From Candidatus Dormiibacterota bacterium (GTDB lineage: Bacteria > Chloroflexota > Dormibacteria > DASZGP01), in NCBI GenBank assembly GCA_036741395.1, contig DAINSI010000003.1, forward strand, positions 4,711 to 62,064: 57,354 nucleotides of DNA. Direction: 5' to 3'. Below, piece after piece: positions 9,017 through 17,012 of this stretch. Position 1 is the first letter of the stretch. Each line of letters begins with the position of its first letter. The translations under genes were made by a program, and so were the position numbers. The notes under the pieces were generated by a model. That model did not search any database, had not been told where the DNA came from, and saw nothing but the letters and a program-made list of their open reading frames with translations.

Positions 9017-9029
9017 TTATACACGCATG

Positions 9030-9074
9030 TGGTGCCCGCAGAGGGATTCGAACCCCCGGCCAATTGATTAAGAG
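9030..9074 (-). repeat. 45-bp direct repeat of the tRNA-Lys 3' half (att site)
   Basis: 44/45 identical to 15382-15426; runs from CCA to exactly the 5' edge of the anticodon loop. Confidence 0.95.
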
Positions 9075-9172
9075 GCTGCTGCTCTGCTGAGACGGCGGGG
9101 CCCTGCTGCCGACACGAATTGTATTCAGGATCCGCCTCAAGTGGCCATGGTCGGCGCCTTGGGGCTCTACAC

Positions 9173-9192
9173 TGACATCCTTTCTGACATCC
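9173..9192 (+). promoter_or_regulatory. Putative integrase arm-type site pair
   Basis: TGACATCCTTTCTGACATCC (12-bp period), 19/20 identical to 15201-15220. Confidence 0.65.
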
Positions 9193-9238
9193 ATTCCAGA
9201 CGCACCTCGCCAGAGACCCACTGTCTCGCGTATCATGG

Positions 9239-9259
9239 TGTTCCGTAAAGTGCGGAACA
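9239..9259. promoter_or_regulatory. Inverted-repeat operator upstream of the AbiEi-like antitoxin
   Basis: TGTTCCG-taaagtg-CGGAACA lies between a TATCAT -10 box (9231-9236) and ATG 9262. Confidence 0.6.
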
Positions 9260-9261
9260 TC

Positions 9262-10326
9262 ATGACTTCTGAAACAGAGACCTTTAGATCGATCATCACC
9301 CAGCTCGACTCGGTCCTGCCCGCAGGATGGGAGGCGGAGCTGGAACGCCGGCGATCGCGTAACGGCCCTGACGCGATCTTCAAGGTCAGGTCGCCGGACG
9401 GAGAGAATCTGGTCGTTGCGGTCGAGTTCAGGACCTCCGTTCAACCCCGCCAGGTCCCCGACATTCTCGCCCAACTGAAGTCGTATTCCGAGGCGTCCGC
9501 ATACATGGTGGCCACGCCGTTCCTTGCCCCCCGTACCCGCCAGGTCCTGGCCGAAGCCGGCGCCGGGTATGCGGATGCGACGGGCAACCTGCGACTGGCA
9601 ACCGCCCGACCCGCGCTGCTCCTGCTGCTGGAGGGGGCAGATCGCAACCCAGCCCCTGAAGCCGATGAACCCCTCCGATCGCTGAAGGGAAGCACGGCCG
9701 GTCGGGTCGTCCGGGCGGTCTGTGACTTCCGACCACCTTACGGAGTGCGCGAGCTGGCAGAGCGATCGGGAACCGCGGTTGCGTCGGTTTGGCGCGTCCT
9801 GTCGGTGCTCGAGCGGGAGGCTCTCGTCTCCAGGGGCCCGGCCAGGGACAAGCGTCGAGGTGGACCGATAGTGTCGGCGGACTGGGCGAATCTGATCCAA
9901 CGCTGGACGCAGGATTACGGACTCACCCGGTCGAACAAGACGGAGCTGGTTCTTGCGCCCCGGGGCTTCGATGACATGCTTGAGCGGCTCCGTCTTGGTG
10001 ACCTGCGATATGCCGTGACGGGCTCGCTGGCCGCGACTCATCTGGCCCCTGTGGCGCCGCCAAGGCTTGCAGCTGTGTATGTGGACGACATCCTGACGGC
10101 CTCGGAGCAATTCGGCTTCCGGCCTGCCAGCGCAGGCGGGAACGTCATCTTCGCCGAACCCTTCGATGACGTCGTCTTCGAGAGGACCTGGGATCGTGAC
10201 GGGTTGATCTACGCGGCGCCGTCACAGGTTGCCGCCGACCTGATCACTGGGCCCGGGCGCGCGCCGTCGGAGGCCGCAGCGCTCCTGACGTGGATGGCTG
10301 AGAACGAGAGTGCCTGGCGCTCCTGA
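9262..10326 (+). CDS. Type IV TA antitoxin, AbiEi_2/DUF2186 (MenA2/Rv0837c-like architecture)
   Basis: PFLAPRTRQVL...GYADATGNLRL, central HTH (VRELAERSGTAVASVWRVL), C-terminal APSQVAADL. The ORF-track start 9235 lies inside the promoter/operator. Confidence 0.75.
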   Translation: MTSETETFRSIITQLDSVLPAGWEAELERRRSRNGPDAIFKVRSPDGENLVVAVEFRTSVQPRQVPDILAQLKSYSEASAYMVATPFLAPRTRQVLAEAGAGYADATGNLRLATARPALLLLLEGADRNPAPEADEPLRSLKGSTAGRVVRAVCDFRPPYGVRELAERSGTAVASVWRVLSVLEREALVSRGPARDKRRGGPIVSADWANLIQRWTQDYGLTRSNKTELVLAPRGFDDMLERLRLGDLRYAVTGSLAATHLAPVAPPRLAAVYVDDILTASEQFGFRPASAGGNVIFAEPFDDVVFERTWDRDGLIYAAPSQVAADLITGPGRAPSEAAALLTWMAENESAWRS

Positions 10327-11119
10327 GGCCCTCTACGTCGACGCACGTCGCGCTCTGCTCGACGCGCTGGACGCGCTCCAGCCACATCATGCTGCCATCG
10401 TCCTTGTCGGCGCGCAGGCTGTGTACGTTCACGCGGGAGACATCGAGAGTCCCGTCGCACCCTATACAACCGATGGCGATCTCGGCCTGGATCCAGCGCT
10501 TCTCGCGCCGCTGCCAACCCTGGATGCGGCGATGCGTGGGGCCGGCTTTGTCCTGACCGACCAGCCGGGCATCTGGCTACAGGCGGGCGGGTCGCTAACG
10601 GTGGACCTGCTGGTGCCGGAGGGCATCGCTGCCCCTGGAGGCAGACGCGGCGTCCGCATCGAAGGTCACGGCAGGCTGGCGGCACGCAAGGTGAAGGGCC
10701 TGGAGGGATGCCTCGTCGACCTGGATAGAGTCGCCTTCGGGTCCCTGGAGGTGGGCGATCGTCGCACGTTCCAGATTCGGGTCGCGGGTCCGGCGGGTCT
10801 GCTCGTATCCAAGCTGCACAAGCTCCATGAGCGCCTGCAGTCAGGTCGCCAAGTCGAGAGCAAGAACGCCTACGACATATACCGCCTACTGAGAGCGACG
10901 AGCACCGCCGACATGGCGGCGCGGTACCGCCACCTTCTTGAAGACAGCAGGTCGGAGGACGTCGCTGGCAATGCGGTCGCGATGCTCCGTGACCTCTTCT
11001 CCGGCTCCGACGCGCCGGGATCGCAGCTGGCCGCAAGCTACGTGGAGTTCTTCGGGGACGCTCCCACTGTTGCTGCGGCCTGTGTCGCCCTTGCTACTGA
11101 CCTGCTTGCGGCGTTGTGA
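10310..11119 (+). CDS. Nucleotidyltransferase-fold toxin (GSU2403/MenT2-like)
   Basis: VLVGAQAVY, TTDGD, VDLLVP, GPAGLLVSKLHK, KNAYDIYRLL; overlaps the antitoxin stop by 17 nt. Confidence 0.75.
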   Translation: MPGAPEALYVDARRALLDALDALQPHHAAIVLVGAQAVYVHAGDIESPVAPYTTDGDLGLDPALLAPLPTLDAAMRGAGFVLTDQPGIWLQAGGSLTVDLLVPEGIAAPGGRRGVRIEGHGRLAARKVKGLEGCLVDLDRVAFGSLEVGDRRTFQIRVAGPAGLLVSKLHKLHERLQSGRQVESKNAYDIYRLLRATSTADMAARYRHLLEDSRSEDVAGNAVAMLRDLFSGSDAPGSQLAASYVEFFGDAPTVAAACVALATDLLAAL

Positions 11120-11269
11120 TGGCTGATCCCGTGGAGTCCGGATCGATGTGAGATATCCACACGGAACTGGATTAGCCTGCATCAAAGGTGGGCCGTGACG
11201 ATGCCAATCTGGTAGAGGCACCCATCCCGATCGATGATCGCCGCGATCCCCGGGTCTCACAATCTCCGA

Positions 11270-13678
11270 ATGACAAAGCGCTACGAAGGTGTCAGGGGCC
11301 TCGAGCTACGCCTCGACGAGGCACTCGCCACTATCCGTGAGCTGGAAGCGGAGAACCAGCGCCTCAAGGCCAGCGGACCGAGCGCGATTGCTCCGACGAA
11401 CACCCAGCCAGGCCCCGCGGTTGACGCCGGATCAACGATCAACCGAGTCTCTTCAGAAGCCGAAAAGGTCGCGCTGTTCCGGTCCCTCTTCCGGGGCCGC
11501 GAAGACGTCTACGCCTACCGATGGGATGGTCGCGATGGCCGCAGCGGTTACTCGCCCGCGCTGCGTCCCGGGGCCACCCACCGCAAAGGTGAGCGACAGG
11601 ATCCCTCAACGCTGCTACGTCTCGACGACCACGTCATCCAGAGCCATCTCCGCGGTCAACGGATCGTCGGTGTGTATCCGCTGTTGGAGGACGAAACCTG
11701 TCGATTCCTGGCGATCGACTTTGACAAGTCGACTTGGCAGGACGACATTCGTGAGCTCATAGCCGCTTGCAACGAACTTGCCATCCCAGCCTCGGTGGAG
11801 CGCTCCCGGTCGGGGCGGGGGGGACACGTATGGATCTTCTTCGACGCGCCGGTCGCGGCCGTCACCGCCCGCAATCTCGGTTGCGCCCTCCTGACCCGCG
11901 CCCTCGATCACCGCGACCAGCTCCGATTCGACTCGTACGACCGGTTGTTCCCGAGCCAGGACACCATGCCGAAGGGTGGGTTTGGAAATCTGATCGCCTT
12001 GCCGCTGCAAGGGGTGGCCCGCCGCGGCGGCAATACCCTCTTCCTCGATCGGGACCTTCAGCCGCACGACGATCAATGGCACTTCCTGGCGTCGGTGCAG
12101 AGACTGGCCGCGACTGAGTGCGAGCGCATTGTCCGCGAGGCTTCCCGCCGCGGGAGGATCATGGGCATCGACGCATCGTGGTTCGAGTCGCCAGCGGAAG
12201 CCCAGGAGCCCTGGCGTCTCCGACCATCGCGCAGACCCCCCGACTCGCCCGTCTCGGGTCCCCTTCCAGCCAAGGTGGACTTGGTCCTCGCGAATCGCGT
12301 GTTCATCCCTCGAGCGGGCCTTCCGTCTGCTCTGATCATCAGGCTCAAGCGTCTCGCGGCATTCCGGAACCCCGAGTTCCACCGGCGCCAGGCGATGCGG
12401 CTGTGGACCGGCGACGAACCGCGGGTGATCGACTGCTCGGAGGACTTCCCTGAGCACGTCGCTCTGCCTCGTGGCTCGCTTGGAGAGGTAATCACCCTCT
12501 TCGAGCACCACGGCGTCTGGGTCGACATCCGCGACGAACGTCAACCCGGCACCAGCATCGACATGACATTCCACGGCGAGCTGACGCCGGCTCAACTGGT
12601 GGCAGCAGAGGCGCTGCTGGCTCATGATATTGGCGTTCTGGCTGCGCCGACCGCGTTCGGCAAGACCGTGATAGGGGCTTGGCTCATCGCCAGGCGCCAG
12701 GTCAACACACTGGTCCTTGTTCACCGGCAGCAGCTGGCTGACCAGTGGCGCGAGCGACTTGCCGCATTTCTTGAGATCGAGCCACGGTCGATCGGACAGT
12801 TCGGGGCCGGACGGAATAAGGGTCGCGGCACAATCGACATCGGCATGCTGCAGAGCCTCAGCGTCCGGGGAGAGGTCAAGGATCTCGTTGGGGAGTACGG
12901 CCATGTTCTGGTGGACGAGTGCCATCACGTCTCCGCCGTCAGCTTCGACGCCGTGCTTCGCGAGGTGCGCGCGAAATACATCACCGGGCTCACCGCCACC
13001 GTCGCCCGCAAGGACGGCCGCGAACCGATCGTCGTAATGCAATGCGGTCCGATTCGGCACCGGATCGACGCGAGGAAGGAGGCCGAGGCCCGGCCGTTTG
13101 AACACCTCGTGGTGCCGCGGGCTACGAAGTTCACGCTGGCGGCAGAGCCGTCAGAGCCCGGTATCCAGGCGCTCTACTCCTGCCTCGTCGCTGATCAGGC
13201 TCGGACGGAGATGATCGTGAAGGACGTTCTGGAGTCGGTCGGTGGCGGCGGATCGCCCCTTGTCCTGACAGAGCGGACGGCACACCTGGCGCAAATTGGA
13301 GAGCTCCTGAGGCCGCACGTCGAGCACCTCGTGGTCCTCCAGGGAGGGATGGGCGTTGGCGAGCGCAGGGCGGTCACAGCGAGTCTGAAGGCGATCCCCG
13401 ACGATGCCCCCCGCGTGCTTCTCGCGACCGGACGCTACATTGGCGAGGGCTTCGATGACGCTCGTTTGGACACCCTCTTTCTGGCGATGCCCGTGTCATG
13501 GCGCGGCACCATCCAGCAGTACGCCGGCCGTCTTCACAGACTCCATGCCCGGAAACGGAAGGTGACCGTCGTCGACTACGTGGACGTGCATATACCAATG
13601 CTGGCGCGGATGTATCAGAAGCGGCTAAAAGGCTACGAAGCGATCGGCTACACCGTCGTCTCATTATCGAATCGCTGA
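11270..13678 (+). CDS. AEP-type primase domain (TOTE-associated type) fused to an SF2 DEAD/DEAH (ResIII-like) helicase
   Basis: FLAIDFD, SRSGRGGHVWIFF, GNLIALPLQG; APTAFGKT, VDECHH, GLTAT, GEGFD, QYAGRLHR. Start 11270 (CACAAT-6nt-ATG) or 11234. Confidence 0.85.
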   Translation: MTKRYEGVRGLELRLDEALATIRELEAENQRLKASGPSAIAPTNTQPGPAVDAGSTINRVSSEAEKVALFRSLFRGREDVYAYRWDGRDGRSGYSPALRPGATHRKGERQDPSTLLRLDDHVIQSHLRGQRIVGVYPLLEDETCRFLAIDFDKSTWQDDIRELIAACNELAIPASVERSRSGRGGHVWIFFDAPVAAVTARNLGCALLTRALDHRDQLRFDSYDRLFPSQDTMPKGGFGNLIALPLQGVARRGGNTLFLDRDLQPHDDQWHFLASVQRLAATECERIVREASRRGRIMGIDASWFESPAEAQEPWRLRPSRRPPDSPVSGPLPAKVDLVLANRVFIPRAGLPSALIIRLKRLAAFRNPEFHRRQAMRLWTGDEPRVIDCSEDFPEHVALPRGSLGEVITLFEHHGVWVDIRDERQPGTSIDMTFHGELTPAQLVAAEALLAHDIGVLAAPTAFGKTVIGAWLIARRQVNTLVLVHRQQLADQWRERLAAFLEIEPRSIGQFGAGRNKGRGTIDIGMLQSLSVRGEVKDLVGEYGHVLVDECHHVSAVSFDAVLREVRAKYITGLTATVARKDGREPIVVMQCGPIRHRIDARKEAEARPFEHLVVPRATKFTLAAEPSEPGIQALYSCLVADQARTEMIVKDVLESVGGGGSPLVLTERTAHLAQIGELLRPHVEHLVVLQGGMGVGERRAVTASLKAIPDDAPRVLLATGRYIGEGFDDARLDTLFLAMPVSWRGTIQQYAGRLHRLHARKRKVTVVDYVDVHIPMLARMYQKRLKGYEAIGYTVVSLSNR

Positions 13679-13711
13679 CGGCGGCTGTCGATGACAGCGT
13701 CCGACGACGGC

Positions 13712-15154
13712 CTACTCAGCTGCAGCTAGCCCGACGACCTCCTCGACCGACACCAGTCGGACGTGCGTCCGTGCCGCCTCGTCGGCCAGCCCCCGCGTAA
13801 ACCCGGACTTCGAGATCAGGATGATCTCAGTCTTCGACACATCGACCTTTGCCTGCTCGAGGGCAGGGATCTTGTATCTGCGGAGGTCATCGAGGACCGA
13901 AATCGGCATCGCTGCGTTGGTCCATTTGACCTCGGCGATCACGGTTGCGGACGAATTGTGCACACCGACGAGGTCGATCTCCTCGCTGGTCCGAGTGCCG
14001 TCCAATCGGAGTCGGTTGACGGCATTGCCCCACCAGGCAGCGACGTAGTCGGTGTTGTGCTGGTACTCCCGCGCAGCCCAGGAGCGGCAGACGTCCTCGA
14101 ATGTGACCGAGACGTGCTCGCTCAGGTAGGGCTTTACATTGCGGTCGTAGTGGGCATCGGCGCTGAGATCGGAGTTGATGGCCTCCTGGAAAGGGAACAC
14201 GAACCGAAACCAGAACCTTGTGAGCTGGTCCTTGACTCGGTAGCGGTGGCGGCGGCCGTGACCCGGCGTGGTGAAGGCGGGCGCCGTCCGCTCAACTATT
14301 CCGAGGTCCTGAAGCACGCTCATGTACTTCGACGCGTTCCCGGAATCGACCCCCGACCCGTTGACCAGGTCACCCCATTCCATCTCCTTCTTGGTTGCGA
14401 GCCGTTCGAGTAGGGAGAAGTAGATCCCGGTCTCGGTGAGCTCCATGTCCAGCACCGTTCGGGGCTCCTCGAACAGGGTGCCGTTGGGGCTCAGAAGGAG
14501 GTTGCAGACCAGAGGCTTGAGCGCCTGCGCGCGGTTCAAGAGGTTCAGGTACCGGGGCATCCCGCCGGCGACGGCATATCGCTCGAGGGTGTCGACCGGA
14601 GTGCGGGGACTCAGAAAGGCCTTGGCTTGCTGGAATGCGAAGGGCTGCAGTTGCAGCGGTCGAGCCCGCCCGTGTAGAGGAGCACGGGAGGTCAGGGTGC
14701 TCTTCATGGTGCCAATCTGAGAGCCGCAGAGCAGCATCTTGGTCATGGTCTTGCCGGAGAACTCCTCAAGCACCGCCATGAGCTCCGAGTCCGGATGCTT
14801 GCGAGGGCCGAACAGTTCCGGGAACTCGTCCAGCACGACCAGGCGCTTACCGTCCAGCCCGTACACGACCCGGTAGAGGTCCGTCATGCTCCGAAGTGCC
14901 GGGCGGAATTTCAGGATCGGCTCAAGGGTTTCGGCGAATTTGCCGATCTGCGCGCCCTCACTCCGGCGGTCACAGACCAGGATGATCGCGTCCTTGCCGT
15001 GGGCGAAGCGCCGGAATAGCCAGCTCTTCCCCGCTCGACGCCGGCCGTAGACCACCATCACAGGATGGTCGTCATCCTGAGACCACCACTCCTCGAGCGC
15101 GGCGCGTTCGGTCTCTCGATCGCGAAAGTCTGCGACGTGGGGAAATTCGTACAT
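13712..15154 (-). CDS. Archaeal-type ATPase with wHTH and C-terminal DUF234/PD-(D/E)XK nuclease-like domain
   Basis: YGRRRAGKS, LDEFPEL, LCGS, GGMPRYL, RFWFRFV, EEIDLVG...AEVKW. Confidence 0.88.
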   Translation of the reverse strand: MYEFPHVADFRDRETERAALEEWWSQDDDHPVMVVYGRRRAGKSWLFRRFAHGKDAIILVCDRRSEGAQIGKFAETLEPILKFRPALRSMTDLYRVVYGLDGKRLVVLDEFPELFGPRKHPDSELMAVLEEFSGKTMTKMLLCGSQIGTMKSTLTSRAPLHGRARPLQLQPFAFQQAKAFLSPRTPVDTLERYAVAGGMPRYLNLLNRAQALKPLVCNLLLSPNGTLFEEPRTVLDMELTETGIYFSLLERLATKKEMEWGDLVNGSGVDSGNASKYMSVLQDLGIVERTAPAFTTPGHGRRHRYRVKDQLTRFWFRFVFPFQEAINSDLSADAHYDRNVKPYLSEHVSVTFEDVCRSWAAREYQHNTDYVAAWWGNAVNRLRLDGTRTSEEIDLVGVHNSSATVIAEVKWTNAAMPISVLDDLRRYKIPALEQAKVDVSKTEIILISKSGFTRGLADEAARTHVRLVSVEEVVGLAAAE

Positions 15155-15200
15155 AAGCTGTCGCGAAGTATACTACTCGCTTGCAGCTAAGCCCTCAACT

Positions 15201-15220
15201 TGACATCCTTTTTGACATCC
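15201..15220 (+). promoter_or_regulatory. Putative integrase arm-type site pair
   Basis: TGACATCCTTTTTGACATCC, same orientation as 9173-9192. Confidence 0.65.
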
Positions 15221-15381
15221 TTTGAACGGCCGACGAGGGCGCCACGCGGCCACGATTGCGTCGAAACCGGGCCGATTCGTATTCGAGGACCAGTCCGATC
15301 ACCCCCTGGGGCCAATTGACTGTTGTCAACTGCTCATCTGACGAGTCAGAGGCAGTTCTGAAGCCAAATTTGTATTCGGAA

Positions 15382-15456
15382 TGGTGCCCGCAGAGGGATT
15401 CGAACCCCCGACCAATTGATTAAGAGTCAACTGCTCTACCGCTGAGCTATGCGGGC
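15382..15456 (-). tRNA. tRNA-Lys(CTT)
   Basis: GCCCGCA-TA-GCTC AGCGGTA GAGC-A-GTTGA CTCTTAA TCAAT-TGGTC-GGGGG TTCGAAT CCCTC-TGCGGGC-A-CCA, 75 nt; -10 TAAAAT at 15468-15473. Confidence 0.98.
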
Positions 15457-15510
15457 ACGCGCCCCGGATTTTACGCGCAGGGCCCTGACGCCGGGGGCGC
15501 GCCAGCCCCC

Positions 15511-16002
15511 TCAGTGAACCGAGAGGCGGCCCTTGGCGACGCGCAGGTCGAGGAGGCGTTTCGCCGCCTCTCCACCCTGGTGGATGAGCCGTGAGGCCGC
15601 CCGCCCGTCGACCTTGAGCTCGTGGGTGACCGCGGCTGACGGCACCTCCTCGGTGACCAGGTCGAGGATGCGTTCGGCCTGCTCCAGGGTGTCGACCACC
15701 GCGGTGACACTGTGGTGTCCCAGACCCGGGAACTCCTGCGCGATCTCGGGCGGGTACTCGTAGCCCGCGGCCTCCAGGCCCAGCCTCCCTGCCGGCGTGA
15801 TTATCGGCCCACCGTCCCGGACGGCGTCGGTGAGGCGGCGACGCACGCGGTAGAGCCAGCTCGAGAGCTCCCGGAGCTCGCCCTGGTGCGCCGCCCAGTA
15901 GGCGGCCAGCTCGTCGACCGATGCGGTTTCCGGCGGTCTGTCGTCGAGGGGCTCGTCCGGTTGGATGGCGTACAGCTGTTCGATACCAGGATCATCGCGC
16001 AA
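15511..16002 (-). CDS. Hypothetical protein
   Basis: 163 aa with GC-biased codon use and a protein-like composition; no motif. Confidence 0.6.
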   Translation of the reverse strand: MRDDPGIEQLYAIQPDEPLDDRPPETASVDELAAYWAAHQGELRELSSWLYRVRRRLTDAVRDGGPIITPAGRLGLEAAGYEYPPEIAQEFPGLGHHSVTAVVDTLEQAERILDLVTEEVPSAAVTHELKVDGRAASRLIHQGGEAAKRLLDLRVAKGRLSVH

Positions 16003-16132
16003 CCGGCCGGCCGGCGCAAGCGAAAAGGGAGCAAGAGTTGGCCGTCTCCGACGTTACAGATGCAGATCAGCCGCCACCCGGGACGGTGCGCGGCCACGAA
16101 CGGACTCTTCGGGAGGTTCCCCGCCAATCACC

Positions 16133-16966
16133 ATGGATTTGCTTCGGCGCCGTCTACACCTGGTTCTACTCGCGGCCGCGCTGGGCGTCGCCCTACCGCT
16201 GGGAACCTCGATGGCGATGGCCTCGGCCGCGCACCACGGCTCCGCTCCGCACCAGGCCTCGGTCTCGCTGGCACCACCCGCGCTCGCGGACCTGGCGCCT
16301 TCGCCCGGCTCCTCGGGCCTGGCCGGTGGTGCCGCCAGCGGATCAATGGCTCCAGGCTCCACGGTGCGGTTTCCGATGTTCGGCGGCCAGGACTCCGCGG
16401 GGCCGCCACCGGCGGCCCGCCCCGGCTCGCGGCTGACGGTGCCATCGGCGGCCCTCGAGGTCGCCGTCGTGGACTACGGCGACTGCGCTGGGAACACCCC
16501 GATGACGCGGGTCAGCGCGGTTCATTTCCTCTGCACCCCGTCCGCCGTCACCGCCTTTGTGGGACACAACCCCGGGGTGTTCACGCCGCTCCTGAAGACG
16601 CATGCGGGGGACCACGTCTACTACCAGCACGACGGCGTCCAGGATGAATACATCCTCGGGGCCGCCCGCCGCGTGTCGCCCCAGGACGCCGCGGCGGCCA
16701 GCCAGGACAGCTCCTTCACCCACGCCGTGTTCGCCACCTGCGCGGAGCCCGACTCCTCCGCCTACTGGATCTTCATCGCCACGCCGTTGCAGGTTGGGGG
16801 AGGCCCCGCGCGGCCCTCATCCGGGTCGGCGCCCCAGCAGCCGGCGCCGAACCGTCCCCAACCTGCCCCATCGCCCAGCCCCAGCCCGGGCGGCACGCCT
16901 GGCGGAGCCGGCGGCGGCGGCGGACTCCCCGGCCCGGTTCAGGTCCCGTCGCCTCCGCCCCTCTGA
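16133..16966 (+). CDS. Sortase-like protein (class F-like) lacking the usual catalytic Arg
   Basis: Signal/anchor helix; RLTVPSAALEVAVV, FVGHNPGVFTPL...GD, VFATC; Pro/Gly-rich tail. Confidence 0.65.
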   Translation: MDLLRRRLHLVLLAAALGVALPLGTSMAMASAAHHGSAPHQASVSLAPPALADLAPSPGSSGLAGGAASGSMAPGSTVRFPMFGGQDSAGPPPAARPGSRLTVPSAALEVAVVDYGDCAGNTPMTRVSAVHFLCTPSAVTAFVGHNPGVFTPLLKTHAGDHVYYQHDGVQDEYILGAARRVSPQDAAAASQDSSFTHAVFATCAEPDSSAYWIFIATPLQVGGGPARPSSGSAPQQPAPNRPQPAPSPSPSPGGTPGGAGGGGGLPGPVQVPSPPPL

Positions 16967-17012
16967 CGCGATTGCGGCCCCCCGTCCGGTCTGCCATGCT
17001 GCGTCGGCAGTA

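Larger units (their letters stand above)
8418..9023 (-). mobile_element. IS481-family insertion sequence remnant (left end plus 5' part of the transposase)
   Basis: Terminal TGT at 9023, four internal repeats, then a transposase from ATG 8908 (TVHRWLARY...G..GL..RSHRP, WGPRRL, WQMD, TGIDDH) broken right after DDH. Confidence 0.85.
4517..9029. mobile_element. Eroded outer genomic island at tRNA-Lys
   Basis: Bounded by tRNA 3'-end copies at 4493-4516 and 9030-9074; cargo is TA modules, an IS remnant and a pseudogene. Confidence 0.6.
9075..15381. mobile_element. Integrase-less genomic islet integrated in tRNA-Lys(CTT)
   Basis: Flanked by 45-bp tRNA repeats; arm-like TGACATCC pairs near both ends; four cargo genes; no recombinase ORF. 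Confidence 0.85.

Noticed and set aside
9007-10110. 367-aa minus ORF as a possible integrase
   Set aside because: Shadow of the antitoxin; no R-H-x-x-R-Y tyrosine recombinase or serine recombinase motifs.
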